From the NCBI GenBank assembly GCA_050273025.1, contig CP158635.1, positions 33,418,001-33,482,000 of the forward strand: DNA of 64,000 nt, given 5' to 3'. Made by a program: the position numbers and the translations under genes. This stretch comes from Cenococcum geophilum (Eukaryota). Positions 12,123 to 24,741 of this stretch are shown in pieces; position 1 is the stretch's first letter, and each line of letters starts with the position of its first letter. The notes below the pieces were generated by a model that made no database searches, was not told the origin of the DNA, and saw nothing but the letters and a program-made list of their open reading frames with translations.

Positions 12123-15028
12123 AATTTTTCTTCCCTTTTTAAAATTATACGCCGCCCTAGCTGCCCTAAGGGCGCTATACTAGGTCTTCTATTTTACAGA
12201 GGTAGTCCTAGGTAATTACCCGTCTTACTTATAGCAGTGATTCTATAAGGCTCTTATCCGCTTATTTACTACGTGCTATAGGTATATAGTGCCCAAAAGA
12301 GAAGTAAACGCCTAAAATCGCTAAGTCTAAATCAAACGCTAGAGTAATGTAATTATAAGGATATATGTAGGCAGGGTAAGTTCCTATATAAAGGAGATAA
12401 TCGAAATTAAATAATTAAAAAGTAGTAAGTACCTAAATTACCTTCGTTCCGTACCGTATATTAGAGCCGGGCCTATTTTATAGGCCTATTTTCTTACCGT
12501 AATACTATTTATCTTCCGCTAATGTTATATATAGCGTCTGCTATTAAGAGAAACTTAAGTAGTTACTTCTAGTCTGTTCCTGGCCTCCAGAAACTACCCT
12601 AGGAGGCCTTTTTATACTATATAGATTGCTGCCTTTTTTACTAACTATGTTTTATTTAAGATCTCTTAAATGCTCTAAGGTTGGCTATTGTGCGACCATA
12701 TTTCTTTCCTTAGTTTTTTAAAATTGGGATACTTAACTAGGACGTATCGTTCTATCTATTTGTCCCTATATATATACCTTAAGTTAGGCGTACGTTTAAT
12801 CCTATAGAGGTAGCTCCTTAGAGCCACCTTTCCTATTTAGATCTAGGTAAGTATAGCCGAAAGGGCCTTTAGTAGGTTGTTATGTATCTTAAGTCTCTAC
12901 TTTAAAATCTTTAGTGCTAATCTGTATAACTCCCTTCTAGTTTTACCTCTCTCCTATTCCCTCTCCTAGTGTACTTCTATTTAGGCTTTTATATATCTCT
13001 TTACTGCCGCTAATAGGCTCTATAAGGAGGGGAAGGTAAGGGCCTTTTATTTTATCCCTTCCTTTCTCTATCCTATTACTTACTTTGCTAAGATATCTAC
13101 TTATTTATTTTCTCTAATCTCTACGTGCGAAGGGATCTAGTATATTATAACTTTTATACTTATTATCTGTGCTGCTAAAAGCCTTTACCTTATTTTATAT
13201 ATTAAGTACTATCCTAATTAATTCTAAGGCTTTACTACTATTTAAATCGCTGCTTAGCTATCCGTAAATATCGTAAGTCTTCTAATTAATAGTAAATATT
13301 TTAGTACTAGGTCTAGGGCCAGTTAAAGGCCTCTTAGCTCTCCGGCGTATATACTATTAACTTAGTTTATCCCTATATAATTGGTTACCTCTATTCCTAA
13401 TTAAGGTATATATACTAACGCTAACCTCCCCGTTAACTTTGCTTCTATTAGTATATGCTAGAAAGTGTTTTAGGTTATCTTTAGTTTCCTATATAATCTA
13501 GTTATACTCCTACTTTGCTATTTCTTTATCCCTAGTAATATAGGTTTATGGTGGTTTAATCTAGGGGTAGAGCCTCTTTAGGCGGATCTCTTCTATAGGT
13601 GGTGTTCCCTTAGGGAGGCGTAGCATAGCATTATTTTCCAGTTTCTAGAGAGGGCTATGCCATTAATATTTACTTAGGGTAGATCTTCTTAGTTATAGGA
13701 TCTTATAGTATAGTAGTAAGCCTCTAATACGATTTAGGGAGGACTCTATTGCGTAGTAAAGCGCTACTTTAATAAGTGGGATATATATATCGACTTCTAG
13801 TACAGCTCTAGCTATAGTCCGAAATGCTCCTGTTATAAGGCAGAGCGCTTTATATTGGACCCTTATAAGCACCCAGTAACGATAGTACTAGAGGAGTTCT
13901 CTATATGCGTTTCCTGCTTATATAAGTAGAGTCCCTTTTTATTTGGTCTCCGTAGCAACTACTTTAGTATCTATAGTAGTTATCCTAGACCCTATAGATA
14001 TAGGCCTATATTAAGGCCTATATTCCTTATAAATAGATTTTATAGCTTTATTTATTCTTTTATCCTTAGATCCAGTTCATTACCCAGTAGACTTATTTAG
14101 CTCTTTTAATAAACTTATATCCTCCTTCCAGTATATACTAGTAGGAGGCTGCGTATAGCATACGTGGTATAACTATAGTAGTATACAGCCGTTTTATATA
14201 TTCGGCTGTAATGCCCTATATAGTTCCTGTAATGCTAGATAGATATATAAGCTAGCCTATTAACCGTTTAATGACGTAGCCTAGGTATGCCTTTCCGGAT
14301 AGTTGGTTGTCTAAGATAACTCCTAAGTATTAGGCCTTTATTATTAGTTAAATCGTCTATGTCCTTCTGTTCTTTAGTTAAAGCACTAAAGGACGCTTCC
14401 CGTTCTCTTCTAATATCTTCTTTTTTAGGGGGATAAAGTATATAAGCTCGTACTTCTGTGGTGCGAATATTAAGGTGTGCTAGTTTGCCTACTTTTCCGC
14501 CCTTTTATATAGCATCGCTAGCGTTTTTGTTATTTCTTTAGTAGTTCTTCCGTTTACTATAATGCTTATGTTATCAATATAGCCTATAATAAGTCCGTGT
14601 CTAAGCCCGTCTTCGTTTATAGCTATATTTAAAAGGTCGACGTTATAAAATAGGTAGAGGATTGGTGATATTGGTAAGCCTTATAGAATCCTTATTAGTA
14701 TAGGGAACCTTTTTAATATACCTTCTGGTAGCTTAATATAGGTAGACTTTCCTATAAGAAAGCTGTTAATCCAGTTAACTATTAGGGTAGGTATTCTTTG
14801 TTTCTAAAGGTAGTAGATAAGCTTATAGTGTAATACGTTATTAAAGGCTCCGCTTACGTCGAGTATAAGTAGGCTTACTATATCTTCTTCTCCTGTTTGC
14901 TATAACGCGTATACCTTCTCTAGGAGGAGGTACACCGTGTGTTTATAACTAGCTACTACTCTTCTACCTATATAAGTGCGTAGTAGGAGGCTATAGGCGT
15001 CTGCTATAAAGAGTAGTCGTTTTATAAG
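12123..15028 (-). mobile_element. 5'-truncated Tad-like non-LTR retrotransposon (LINE): RT, RNase H and C-terminal Cys/His region, with a 13-bp TSD
   Basis: Minus strand, de-RIPed: SLLMLDVSGAFDNVSH, GIPQGSPISPILYLFYN, GYIDD, FAPQKYELIHF, YLGVILD, ITGAFRT, then RNase H AYTDGSKVNGEVG and WIPSHVEIRGNE. The TSD is cagat(t/c)aaagctt at 12110-12122 and 15029-15041. Confidence 0.92.
13877..14082. mobile_element. Solo LTR (206 bp) nested in the LINE ORF
   Basis: A 5-bp TSD CCCAG lies at 13872-13876 and 14083-14087. The ends taacga...tcatta are consistent with RIPed TGACGA...TCATCA. Removing the insert restores the LINE frame (VYWVLIRVQ). Confidence 0.8.
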
Positions 15029-15521
15029 CAGATCAAAGCTTTAAAAGGTCTCGTTGTTTTAATTTTAGTATGTTTATTATGCCGAAATCAAACTAAAGCT
15101 TTAAAAGATCTCGTTGTTTTAATTTTGGTATGTTTGTTATGCCAAAATCAGACTAAAGCTCCGAAAGGTCTTGTTGTTTTAATTTCGGTATGTTTATTAT
15201 GCTAAAATTAAACCAAAGCTTTAAAAGGTCTCGTTGTTTTAATTTTAGTATATTTATTATGCTGAAATCAAACCAAAGCTTCGAAAGGTCTTGTTGTTTT
15301 AATTTTAGTATGTTTGTTATGCCGAAATTAAATTAAAGCTTCGAAAGGTCTTGTTGTTTTGATTTTAGCATGTTTGTTATACCAAAATTAAACTAAAGCT
15401 TCGAAAGGTCTTGTTGTTTTGATTTTAGTATATTTGTTATACCGAAATTAAACCAAAGCTTTAAAAGGTCTTATTGTTTTAATTTTAGCATGTTTGTTAT
15501 ACTGAAATTAGACCAAAGCTT
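15029..15521 (+). repeat. Tandem array of 8 x 60-bp units, each carrying TTTCGGCATG-N5-CATGCCGAAA
   Basis: An exact 60-bp period is visible line to line. Units differ almost only by RIP-type transitions. Confidence 0.95.
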
Positions 15522-15987
15522 TCTAAGGCTACTTTTAGTTTAACGCCTCTTGTCTAACTTATGTCTGTAATTTATTATATATTAAGATTAGCGGCTAAGA
15601 TACCCTTAATCTATATCTAATATAGGAGAGCTAAATCGATATAGGTAGTTATAATTGTTTAATAGCAATATATATAAAGGCTTAGTTAATAAAATAGGAT
15701 CTATTAGTAGCTAGTAAACTAGAATTCTAAGATAAGGACTAGAAGAAAGTTGGGGAAAGGATATATCTATATATATAGTGCCAAGTCCCTAGCTAAGCTC
15801 CTAACTAGGGTCTATAATAGTGCCGTAATAATATCTACAGCAGTAAAAATACTACTCTTTACTATATTAGGTTAAGTAGTAACGAGGCTAGCTTTTATTA
15901 TAAGAATAAATTATAATCCCTAGCTTAACGTAAAGCTAGTTCTGTATAAAGTTATATACTATGTCTACGCTATCTTTTAGCATACCT

Positions 15988-16540
15988 TTAACTAATTTAA
16001 TTTATATCTCCGTATCTATTTTATAGAATACTTGCTAAATAGTCTAAGGCGTAACGGCCCTAATAGAGAACTTCGGCACTAGTATTATTTCTATTTTACC
16101 TCCTAGCGTTATAACTAAGTAAGCTTATCCTACTCTTCTTTAAATTATTACTAAATTTTCTAGGCTAAACCGTTAGGGAAAACAATAGATGGCTTTTATT
16201 TACAGCTTGCTAAATAGGTAAGCGCCTTTTATTAACCCTATATGTATGTTACTCTAGAAATATATATACTAGCCGATTAAAGCCAGTAAGGCTATTACTA
16301 TTAGGCAAATTAAGATAGGTATTAAACGACCTCTTTTAGAAGGGATTAACGCGGTGGTAGGGGAAGGCAAAGTGTTATATACTGGCTTAGAAAGTATATA
16401 TAGTGGAGATTTACAAAGTACTACTATAACTAATTAGGTTACGTCTAATTAGGATTTTAGAGGTAGTAGGCCTCTAAATTGTGGAAGATAATTAAATAGG
16501 TAGTAATTTTAGATAGTAGTATATAATGTAACCTAATGAT
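15988..16540 (+). pseudogene. Unknown family A, 3' fragment (closest to the copy at 45228-47076)
   Basis: Aligns by eye with 46511-47000, including the same intron (gtaagctt...ctaa...tag). Confidence 0.75.
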
Positions 16541-16609
16541 TAAATTTGCAATTATTATAATATTATATATAACAGCTATACTAAAGAAGTATTTATTAGA
16601 GTGTTATAC

Positions 16610-18303
16610 CTAAGTAGTTCTTAGTATATAAATACGCCGAAATAACTATTTTCTAACTCTAGTTTTGATAAGGCTGTATATAGTTATACTTAGTATAGTA
16701 AGCTAGTCTATATTAATTACTAGCTTTTATATAAACGTATCTGTTTAAATAGTAGCCTAATTGATAATTACATCCCTATAGTCCGTATAGCTTACTATTC
16801 TACTCCTTAACGTTTATATTAGAATATATTATAGACTATATAAAATAAGAGCTATGCTAAATATACCTTTAATAAGGCCGAGAACTTAACTAGCTCCTCT
16901 GTAGATCCCTATAGCTAAGCTTAGTGCCGTAAACTCTATAGCCGTTTAACGTTTTGAAGTTTCGCCCTAAACTCTTTTACTAGATCTTCGTTTGTTATCT
17001 TTAGATAATATAATTTGAGAATTAATTAACGTATAACCTATACTATGTTTCTAGAATCCTAACTTATAGTGCCTAATATAAGTACGTTACTAATAGAGTA
17101 TAGAGCGTAAACAATCCCTATGGGCTGTACTATATTATTACCTTATTTTAGGTATAATGCGAACAGAGCTAGTTATAGCGCGTTGCTGTTATTATTCGCC
17201 TATTCCTCTAGCTCTATTTCCTATAACTTTGGCTATATAATCTATAGCTTACGTCCTTCTTCAGCCGTTATAGTTGTTATTACTCTATAATAGTTTATAT
17301 GTGGTAGTGAGAATATATCTGCCTTACTGTAGATCTAGAAGGCTATATAAGAAGATAGGTCTACCAGCTAGAACTCTATACGTTTTCCGCTCTAGTTTAA
17401 CTCCTTTAAGTCCCTTAATATAGTATACGCCGGTATATTCGCTAAGCATTTAGGTACCTTATTCTGTTTTTATGCTTTAAGATTTAAGAAGTTGACTGGA
17501 CCTGCATGTTTATCGCGAAATATTGAAATCGCCTCTTCCGAAGGAAGGAATCTAGGTTTTAGGTATTCTCCTTCCTTGTCTATTAGTTAATTATAGGTAT
17601 ATACGTCAATGCCGGGCTTAGTTAAGAGGTATATTAGATACTCTTTAGTTAGTATTATTAGTATTTTTAGCTTTAATATAGCTGGTATAACTAGTAGCAC
17701 TACAGGACTTTTGGTTTCTAGTATTTTACGTGCTTCGGCAGTAGAACAAACTATATATTTTTAACGGTGCGAGTTATTATACTTGTGGTTCTTCCAGTCT
17801 GTATATATATACTTATTATAGGATATTGGCTCTCCTAGCTTATAACGCTCCAATATCTCCTTATAGCGAGGTAGCTTATATCCTAGCCTAGACTTTATAT
17901 ATTATAGGCTCTCTACCTACTTACGCACACGTGTATATACTTTATTCTTTACTACTTTAGTTACGAGTTTGTGTGCTTTTAGTAAATTAACTACACTGCT
18001 GCTAGAGGTTGTATTCTACTGGTGGTTTATATATATATTTAAACTAAGGTATATAACTTGGCTTAGGAGGCTCCTAGTGGCTAGTATAACTATAAAGCTA
18101 TAGCGTAAGCAGTTATGTTAGGCTTTCTGACTTTAAGATACTAATTGGTCGCACTTATTGCACAAGTATTGTTCGCCCTTAATTATCCGTGCGATAATGC
18201 TTTTAGGGTAGAGTTTTCGCATATACTAAGCCCAATTTGCTATTATAATATCCTTTTTGTAACTTTTACAGTATCTACTAATAGTAGGGGAGGTGTTTGG
18301 CAT
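16610..18303 (-). pseudogene. JmjC-domain (2-oxoglutarate/Fe(II) oxygenase, demethylase-like) protein with a C-terminal Cys-rich cluster, copy 1
   Basis: About 17060-17340 de-RIPs to FSLPHxDHHGVITTVTAEEGRKLWIIWP...FALYLEQGDxxVQPxGxVHAPYSISDVLMSGT (HxD...H triad, GxKxW and QPxGxxHA motifs). The C-terminus reads CxCxxGCxSxRCxCxKAGxxCxxxCH. Confidence 0.75.
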
Positions 18304-18532
18304 ATTGTTTTTATAATAAAGAGTGTAGATAACTGGAAGCCGATAATACCGGTTATAAAGGTTAAGTCTTATGCGGTTTTAGTATAATAATACGCTAGAA
18401 TTCTGGTTGTAGATACTAAGACTAATTAATTTGGGGGATATACCGGTTAATAGGGTTACGTCACGTAGCGCGGTTTGTTTTAGTATAATAATATACTAAA
18501 ATTGGATTTATGAAAATAGAGAATAGTTAGTC

Positions 18533-18802
18533 TAAGATGAGTGTCGAGATAAGTGTTGAGATAAGTATTAAGACAAGTGTTAAGAGTGTTAAGATGAGAT
18601 GGGTGTTAAGATAAGTATTAAGATATTGAGATAAGTGTTGAGATAAGTGTTAAGATAAGTGTTAAGATAAGTATTAAGATAAGTATTAAGATAAGTGTTA
18701 AGATAAGTGTTAAGATAAGTGTTGAGATAAGTGTTAAGATAAGTATTAAGGTAAATGTTAAGGTAAATGTTAAGGTAAATATTAGGTGTTAAGATGAGTG
18801 TT
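18533..18802. repeat. 12-bp minisatellite (GAGATAAGTGTT)n, about 22 units
   Basis: Direct reading. It generates the spurious LNTY-repeat ORF at 18589-18819. Confidence 0.95.
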
Positions 18803-20646
18803 AGTATAGCGACCGTCAATAAGCTAAGTGCACTTATTAGATATAGGAGATAGAAGATAGGAACCTAGGTTAGGGCCCTAGGATAAAACACCTAGATCTT
18901 TTTCTACACGTCTCGCTATCCCTTTAGGGTGGAAATTATACTATAAGTAGGAGGCCTATAGGTGTATATATATATATAGGGCGATTAAGGGAGTAAGGGC
19001 AGGTATATTATTAATTTTATAGCAATTTTAATTTAAGTAAAAGTATAGTATAAGTAGTAGGGTAAAATAGGTAATTAGGATACTTCTTTATAGGAGTTTT
19101 AAAGCAATGACCTAATGGTATTTTCCTTCTATTAATATAGTATAGGTGTTACCTAGGGGGTATATACTGTATACCTCTTACGTCTCCCTTGGAGTTTTTT
19201 TATACCTAAATTAGCGGAATTAGTCTATATAGACCTAAAACGGGGACTATATCGGACGTTAAACAAAAATCAATAATAATAATTATTATTATTTCGCGAT
19301 ATCCCTAAAATTATTATATGTAGTTGTGATTGTAAATCGCGGTATTTGGAAACGGTAATCTTATTATAAATCGCCTAACTCCTTGTTATTGCGTGCTGCT
19401 ACATTAAATAATAGATCTATTAATTAATATTTTTCTTTAGTTCTTTTACCTATACTAATTTAGCAAGACCTTATATCCTCTAATAATATATATATAACGT
19501 ATATCTATCCGTATATACTTATAGCCTAATCTATACCCTTAACACCGCCATCGTCGCCTCTATTGCTATTGGTGCCCTTAATATCTAGCCTAAACTTGGA
19601 GTGTCTACTAGTTATAAGTTAAAGAGTTTTAATATACTAATTCTTGTTACTAACTACGGCTTCTCGTAATTATAGGCTGTACCTATACTAAGTATACATC
19701 CCTTAACTAACGAAGTTATAGATCTGCCGTTATTATATACTAACCGCTAAATTAGCTAAAGTAATAGTAAAAGTTCTTTAATAAATAATGACAACGACTA
19801 TTTTTGGGAGTCTTAACTATAAGAACGTAGTAATAGTAGTACTGGTTATAAATATAGCACATCTTTTACTGGGTAGCGATACCACTACTATCTTTAACTA
19901 GGATGCTTTAATAGAAATAGATTAGCCGTTTTACGCGCAGCCTAAGGACTTTTAGCTAGATATAATACTAGCTAGATATAATATTTTAAAGCTTTACTAG
20001 GCTGGATTAAGTAGAAACAACGTTGATTAAGCTACTAGAGCTGCTTATTAGAAACTAGGCTAGGTGTTCTAAATAAGAGCATTAAGTAATATATAACTGA
20101 TATAGCGGTATAAGGCGTGTTTTTGGCGTAAATAGAGGTTTTTGAGCCCAACTACGTCTTAGGACCACTATATCTTCGCTACACTTTAACGTTAATGGTA
20201 AGTATAGTACTAAGAGGGTAGGTAGAATACCTAGATTCTATCCTTAGAAGTTTAACTAAGTAAAGGAAGATATTAAAATAGTATAGTGTAAATGTAGTTG
20301 TATTTAAGCCAAGTTTATTATAAGCTGTTTAGTAGATGGCCTAAGCCTAAAATAGTTAGCGTGACGCGTCGATATTACCATTTTGGTATGTCTATATACT
20401 AAAAGGTCCAACTTACTCTAATTGTCTACCTTTTCCCCTAACCTATTAACCAATTCTCTATATAATTATACATAAAATTCTTCGTTAAGTCCACTATATT
20501 ACACTGCCCACTAATAAGCCCTAAGACGTAAGTGCTGGAGAATTCGCAAAGACTTTAAGATGGCGTTGAAAAACGTCCCTCTATACCTTTGTGAAGGCTA
20601 TAAATATAACCTGCCTCCTATTCTAGTTTCTATAAATAAAGTAGCT

Positions 20647-22478
20647 ATAGTGGCTTCTAATTATACCCGTTTAGCCTTAAGATATTTCTTAACTAATTGT
20701 GGCCTATTAAAAGTCAAGCAACGCTTACAGTAAGTGTTTAACGTATTATCTTACTTCTATACCTTGCGTTTTCTTTCTATTCTTTCTAGCCAGTACTTAT
20801 AATTATATAGATATAAAGTGAAGTAAGTATTCCCAACCGCTACCCTATAGCTATTATTATAAAACCTCCCTAAGTTACCCTAAATTCCTAGCTAGTAATA
20901 GTATCCGCTTAATAAAGTCTAAGAGACTAGTACCGAGCTTATAAAGCAAGCAACTGGCATTACTATTAGGATTAATAATAATACGCTAGTATTATCTTCT
21001 CCTCGCTATAATGTTAAGAAGTATACTATTACGAAGAACGTGGAGTTTTAGGTGATAACCGGACCTATAGCGTCTAAAAGCTATAAATAGCCAAAAAAAC
21101 GGGATATAAGAACTTCTATAAAGGGTGGTAATAACGATAGTAGCGTGTTATTAAAGTTAAATAGTAACTAGGACCCTACCTATTATATTAGAAAGATTAC
21201 TAATTAGGGGGAAAACTAGCTCCCAGCTCTAGTAAAATGGGAAGGCTGTAGAGGATTTTTGGGCCGCAATTTCTATAACCGTATTAAGGCTTGGATGAAT
21301 AAGTTGGAAAAGGTAAGTAAGGAAAATATAGATATTAGTAATCCTGCTTTCGTTGCTAAAACTAATAGTAAGGTTGTACTACGCTTTTGGATCCCATTTA
21401 CCCTTAATATAGAGTTACTATAATTATTTTAGCGGATATACCAAGGATGAGCGCTAGCTCCGTTGTCTGATTACGATCCTACTAAGCAGCTATGGTGGGA
21501 GACCTATATATTAGCCACCTCCGCCCTTTTTTTATTAATTAACGTCCCTAAAGCAAAGCTCAATACTGTTAAATTTACCTACGCCTTAGCGATTAAAGAC
21601 TTTGGAAGTAATGGCGCTATAAAGAAATACGAAGAGGCTAAGAATACGAAAAAGCTTAGCGCTGCTAAGAAAAAACAGCTTAAGCTTTAGAGGAAGCGTA
21701 ACTACCTAGAAATTACTAAAACTTTTATACCTATTAACAGGAGCCTAAAGCCTAAGGCGAACGTATATCTTCGCCCTACTTATTCTAGAGATATTATCTA
21801 GATAACTAATTTCTATAACTATTATATTACTAACACTATACACTATTCTAAGTTTAATCCGCGTATAATATAGAATCTTATTAACCGCCTTACTAATATC
21901 CTAATGAATGGACTGCCGTAGATTGTTATAGTTAATTGGTCTAAAGATACTAGTCTTTATAGCTTGTGGGTAACCTATATCCCTAAGAAAATAGTGGGTC
22001 TTATATACGCCGATGATTTCTGTTACCCTAGAAGCATATACCGCTATATAGTTAAGTTAGATATCTTTATCTACCCGGATTACTGTAATAAAGAAATTGG
22101 TAGCTGCTTAATAGATAAGATATTAAATCTTATAGATATTAAGTATTAGGCTAGGGCCGGATATAAGTAGATAGCTAAAGTAGACGTATCTAGGTCTATA
22201 GGTAGCTGAATTATTAAGACTATAATCTACTAGGTGCCGTATAGTGCAGATAATAGTACTAATATTCTTTAAACCGCTAAATTTCTCTAACGCTTTAGCT
22301 TTAAGAAAGTGGGTAATATTTAGTGTATGGGTTTTAAGTGCGATAAGACGTAAGCGGTGCCTTTTAGTTAAAACTAATACTAAATAAGCTAACTATACCT
22401 AGAGTTAATATGGCTACGTTTTAGTATATAACCGGTAAGGACATTAACATAAGATTTGGTCCTATGAACCCGCTTTAG
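20647..22478 (+). pseudogene. GNAT-family N-acetyltransferase with a long N-terminal extension
   Basis: 21750-22350 reads PKANVYLRP...ITNFYNYY...LPWIV...KIVGLIYADDF...YRYxVxLDIFIxPDYxNKxIGSCLIDK...FLxRFxFKKVG. Introns are retained. Confidence 0.8.
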
Positions 22479-22849
22479 TTAACTATAGTTGCCTTTCCGC
22501 TTAATATCGCTTCGCCTTATAAGTCGCTATATCTACGCTATCTACCTGCTCCTTAATTATCTAAAAGAAGCGGTTTATCTTATAAAGCTTCTATAGTTCC
22601 CTGCTAACGATATTACGGAAAGCGTCGCTTACGTAAACCTTATTTATACTAAAATGCCTATAAGCTTTTATATAGAGATTAGTTAAAGATAAATATATAG
22701 CATTATAGTTCTAGGCTATTTCTTTTACTGGCCTTTTTTGTTTTATAAAATTAAGCTTTAGATCTTACCTATAGTATATATCCCCTAATCTCATTTTCTA
22801 AACAGCCTTATACTTATTAATCCTGTCCTTTAAGATTGATATGAAAATG

Positions 22850-24440
22850 CTTACCATAAATATTTAGTAAGTATTTTAGTATTAAAGACGAGGATTGCGT
22901 TAATAACTTTCTTTTAGAGGCGAGACTATAGATACTTCAATTTGCTACTCTAGCTTAGTCTTTCTTTTACTTATAAAATAGATATAAGATAACTAAGTTC
23001 CTTACTCTAATACATTAAATATACTCGAAAACGTATCTTATTTAATAACTCTATTTAAGATAGTACTAAACGACCACGCTTAAGCACGCCTAGAGTAATC
23101 GCGTCCTTCTAAACCGCTACTATGCTAAAATTCCTATTTTATATCTATCTTACATTATATCCAAGAGCTTTATTAATAATGTCTATAATACTCTATAGTA
23201 TTTAAACCTGCTGCTTTCTAACCACCTTCCTAACTTTAAGGGTGTCCGATCTGGTAGACACCTTAGGATTTCTTCTCTTACTTCTAGTTACTTTTTAAGG
23301 GATCTTAAGACTTAAAGGGGAGAGTAATAATTGCCGCTGTTTGCGTTTAGGTACTTTTATACTTTCTAATAAGACTGACCTAACCTTAGCGTTTCCGTAT
23401 TTAGTTTCACTATATTCTAGCTCTTAATCCCACCTATATATTATAGTATATTAAGCAACCTCGTTATAGGACCCCCTTATGACTAGATCCTAGCAGTTTT
23501 CGAGGTCCTTACCCTTAGGTACTACTTCTTTGCTAATTTAAATAGTAATACTACCTACTTAGTCCCTTACCAGCCTATATATTTCCCTAATAATCCTTCT
23601 TGCACCTAGAACCTTTAATATTATACTAGCAATAATAAAAGTATCTAGCCTTACTCTTAGGTTAGATATAATAACAGATCTAATTACCTTATTATTAGGA
23701 TTCTGCCTATTATATAATACTATCTAAGGATGAAGATTTCTAACGCTATGGCTCCGTTTACCGGCTTTTATATAAAACTTATCGTTATCCTCATAGTCTG
23801 CGCATATAGGTTAAATAGGCCCATTAAAAAGCTTGGCTTGGAAATTAGAAACCCTATAGCACTTTAAGCAGACTATTTCCCTAACGTATCTATAAAGCTA
23901 AATAGTCTTTAGCTAAGGTACTTTCTTTAATAAAGGCACCTTAGTCCTTAACGGTTCTATTGTAGTATTAATTCTATTAACGTTCTGGGAGTATAATTGT
24001 AATAAACGGCCATTGTAAGCCAAAGTCGCAAGTAAATAATAAAAGGCAGTTAGTTTTGCTAACCTTATGCTTACTAAGAGGGTTCGTAACATATTATAGA
24101 AAGAGGAAGTAGAGACGTCGTTGTGATATATAGAAGTATTAAAGAGATCCTTTCCTAAAGATGTCTAAAAGGGCTTATTGCTAGGAGTATTAAATAGCCC
24201 AGCTATAGATTGGAAATTAGGAATTATTTGGAAAGTTAGCTATATAGAGTAGAAACGGTATTTGTTTAGGATTGACGTACTTCTAGTGGATATAGATATA
24301 CCTATACCGACAAGTGCGATAATCCTACGCTTTTTATGCAAAACGTTAAAAAGTTAGTTAAGTTGGATTCTCTAAGCGGCATTAAACCCCCTATGTTGCA
24401 AATTAAGGTGTTCGGTTATCTATAATATAGACTCTACTAT
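22850..24440 (-). pseudogene. HST4: Sir2-family NAD-dependent deacetylase, Hst3/Hst4-like
   Basis: De-RIPed KKRRIIALVGAGISVSAG, intron, IPxF..GLF..GKDLF..STSSFH..GRLLxLYSQNVD..PWPKTIQLH..MVCxKC..CxDC..KRSH..VLY..NPD..RPD..LKVPGARR..WDLVIRGxCDEVA. Confidence 0.85.
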
Positions 24441-24741
24441 GCCTCTCTTTCTAGCTGGTAAGCTAGTATTATAACTAGAAGCTTCTTTAAGGGATATACT
24501 GCTTTTATAAAAAAGACGTATAAAGGAGAATATTATAATAAAGGAATAATTTAAAGTCTTATATTGTTTATAAATGTTTTCGCGTAGGATGCACTAGGCG
24601 CGCTAGACTTAAGGCAGCCTAGTAAGAACTTCTTATTTTTGGTATAATCGCATACTAAAATGAAAATAAATTCCGCGACGTGACTTACTCCAAATACTTA
24701 TTTACTAAGCCCACCATCTCTATATATTAAACACTATATTA

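Noticed and set aside
15029..15521. CRISPR-like array (regular palindromic repeats)
   Set aside because: The whole 60-bp unit repeats with no unique spacers, there are no cas genes, and the context is eukaryotic.
18589..18819. ORF with LNTY repeats
   Set aside because: Artefact of the 12-bp minisatellite.
19490..20350. Probable additional gene relic (likewise 8640-9320 and 43200-44700)
   Set aside because: Coding-like, but no motif or boundary could be supported.
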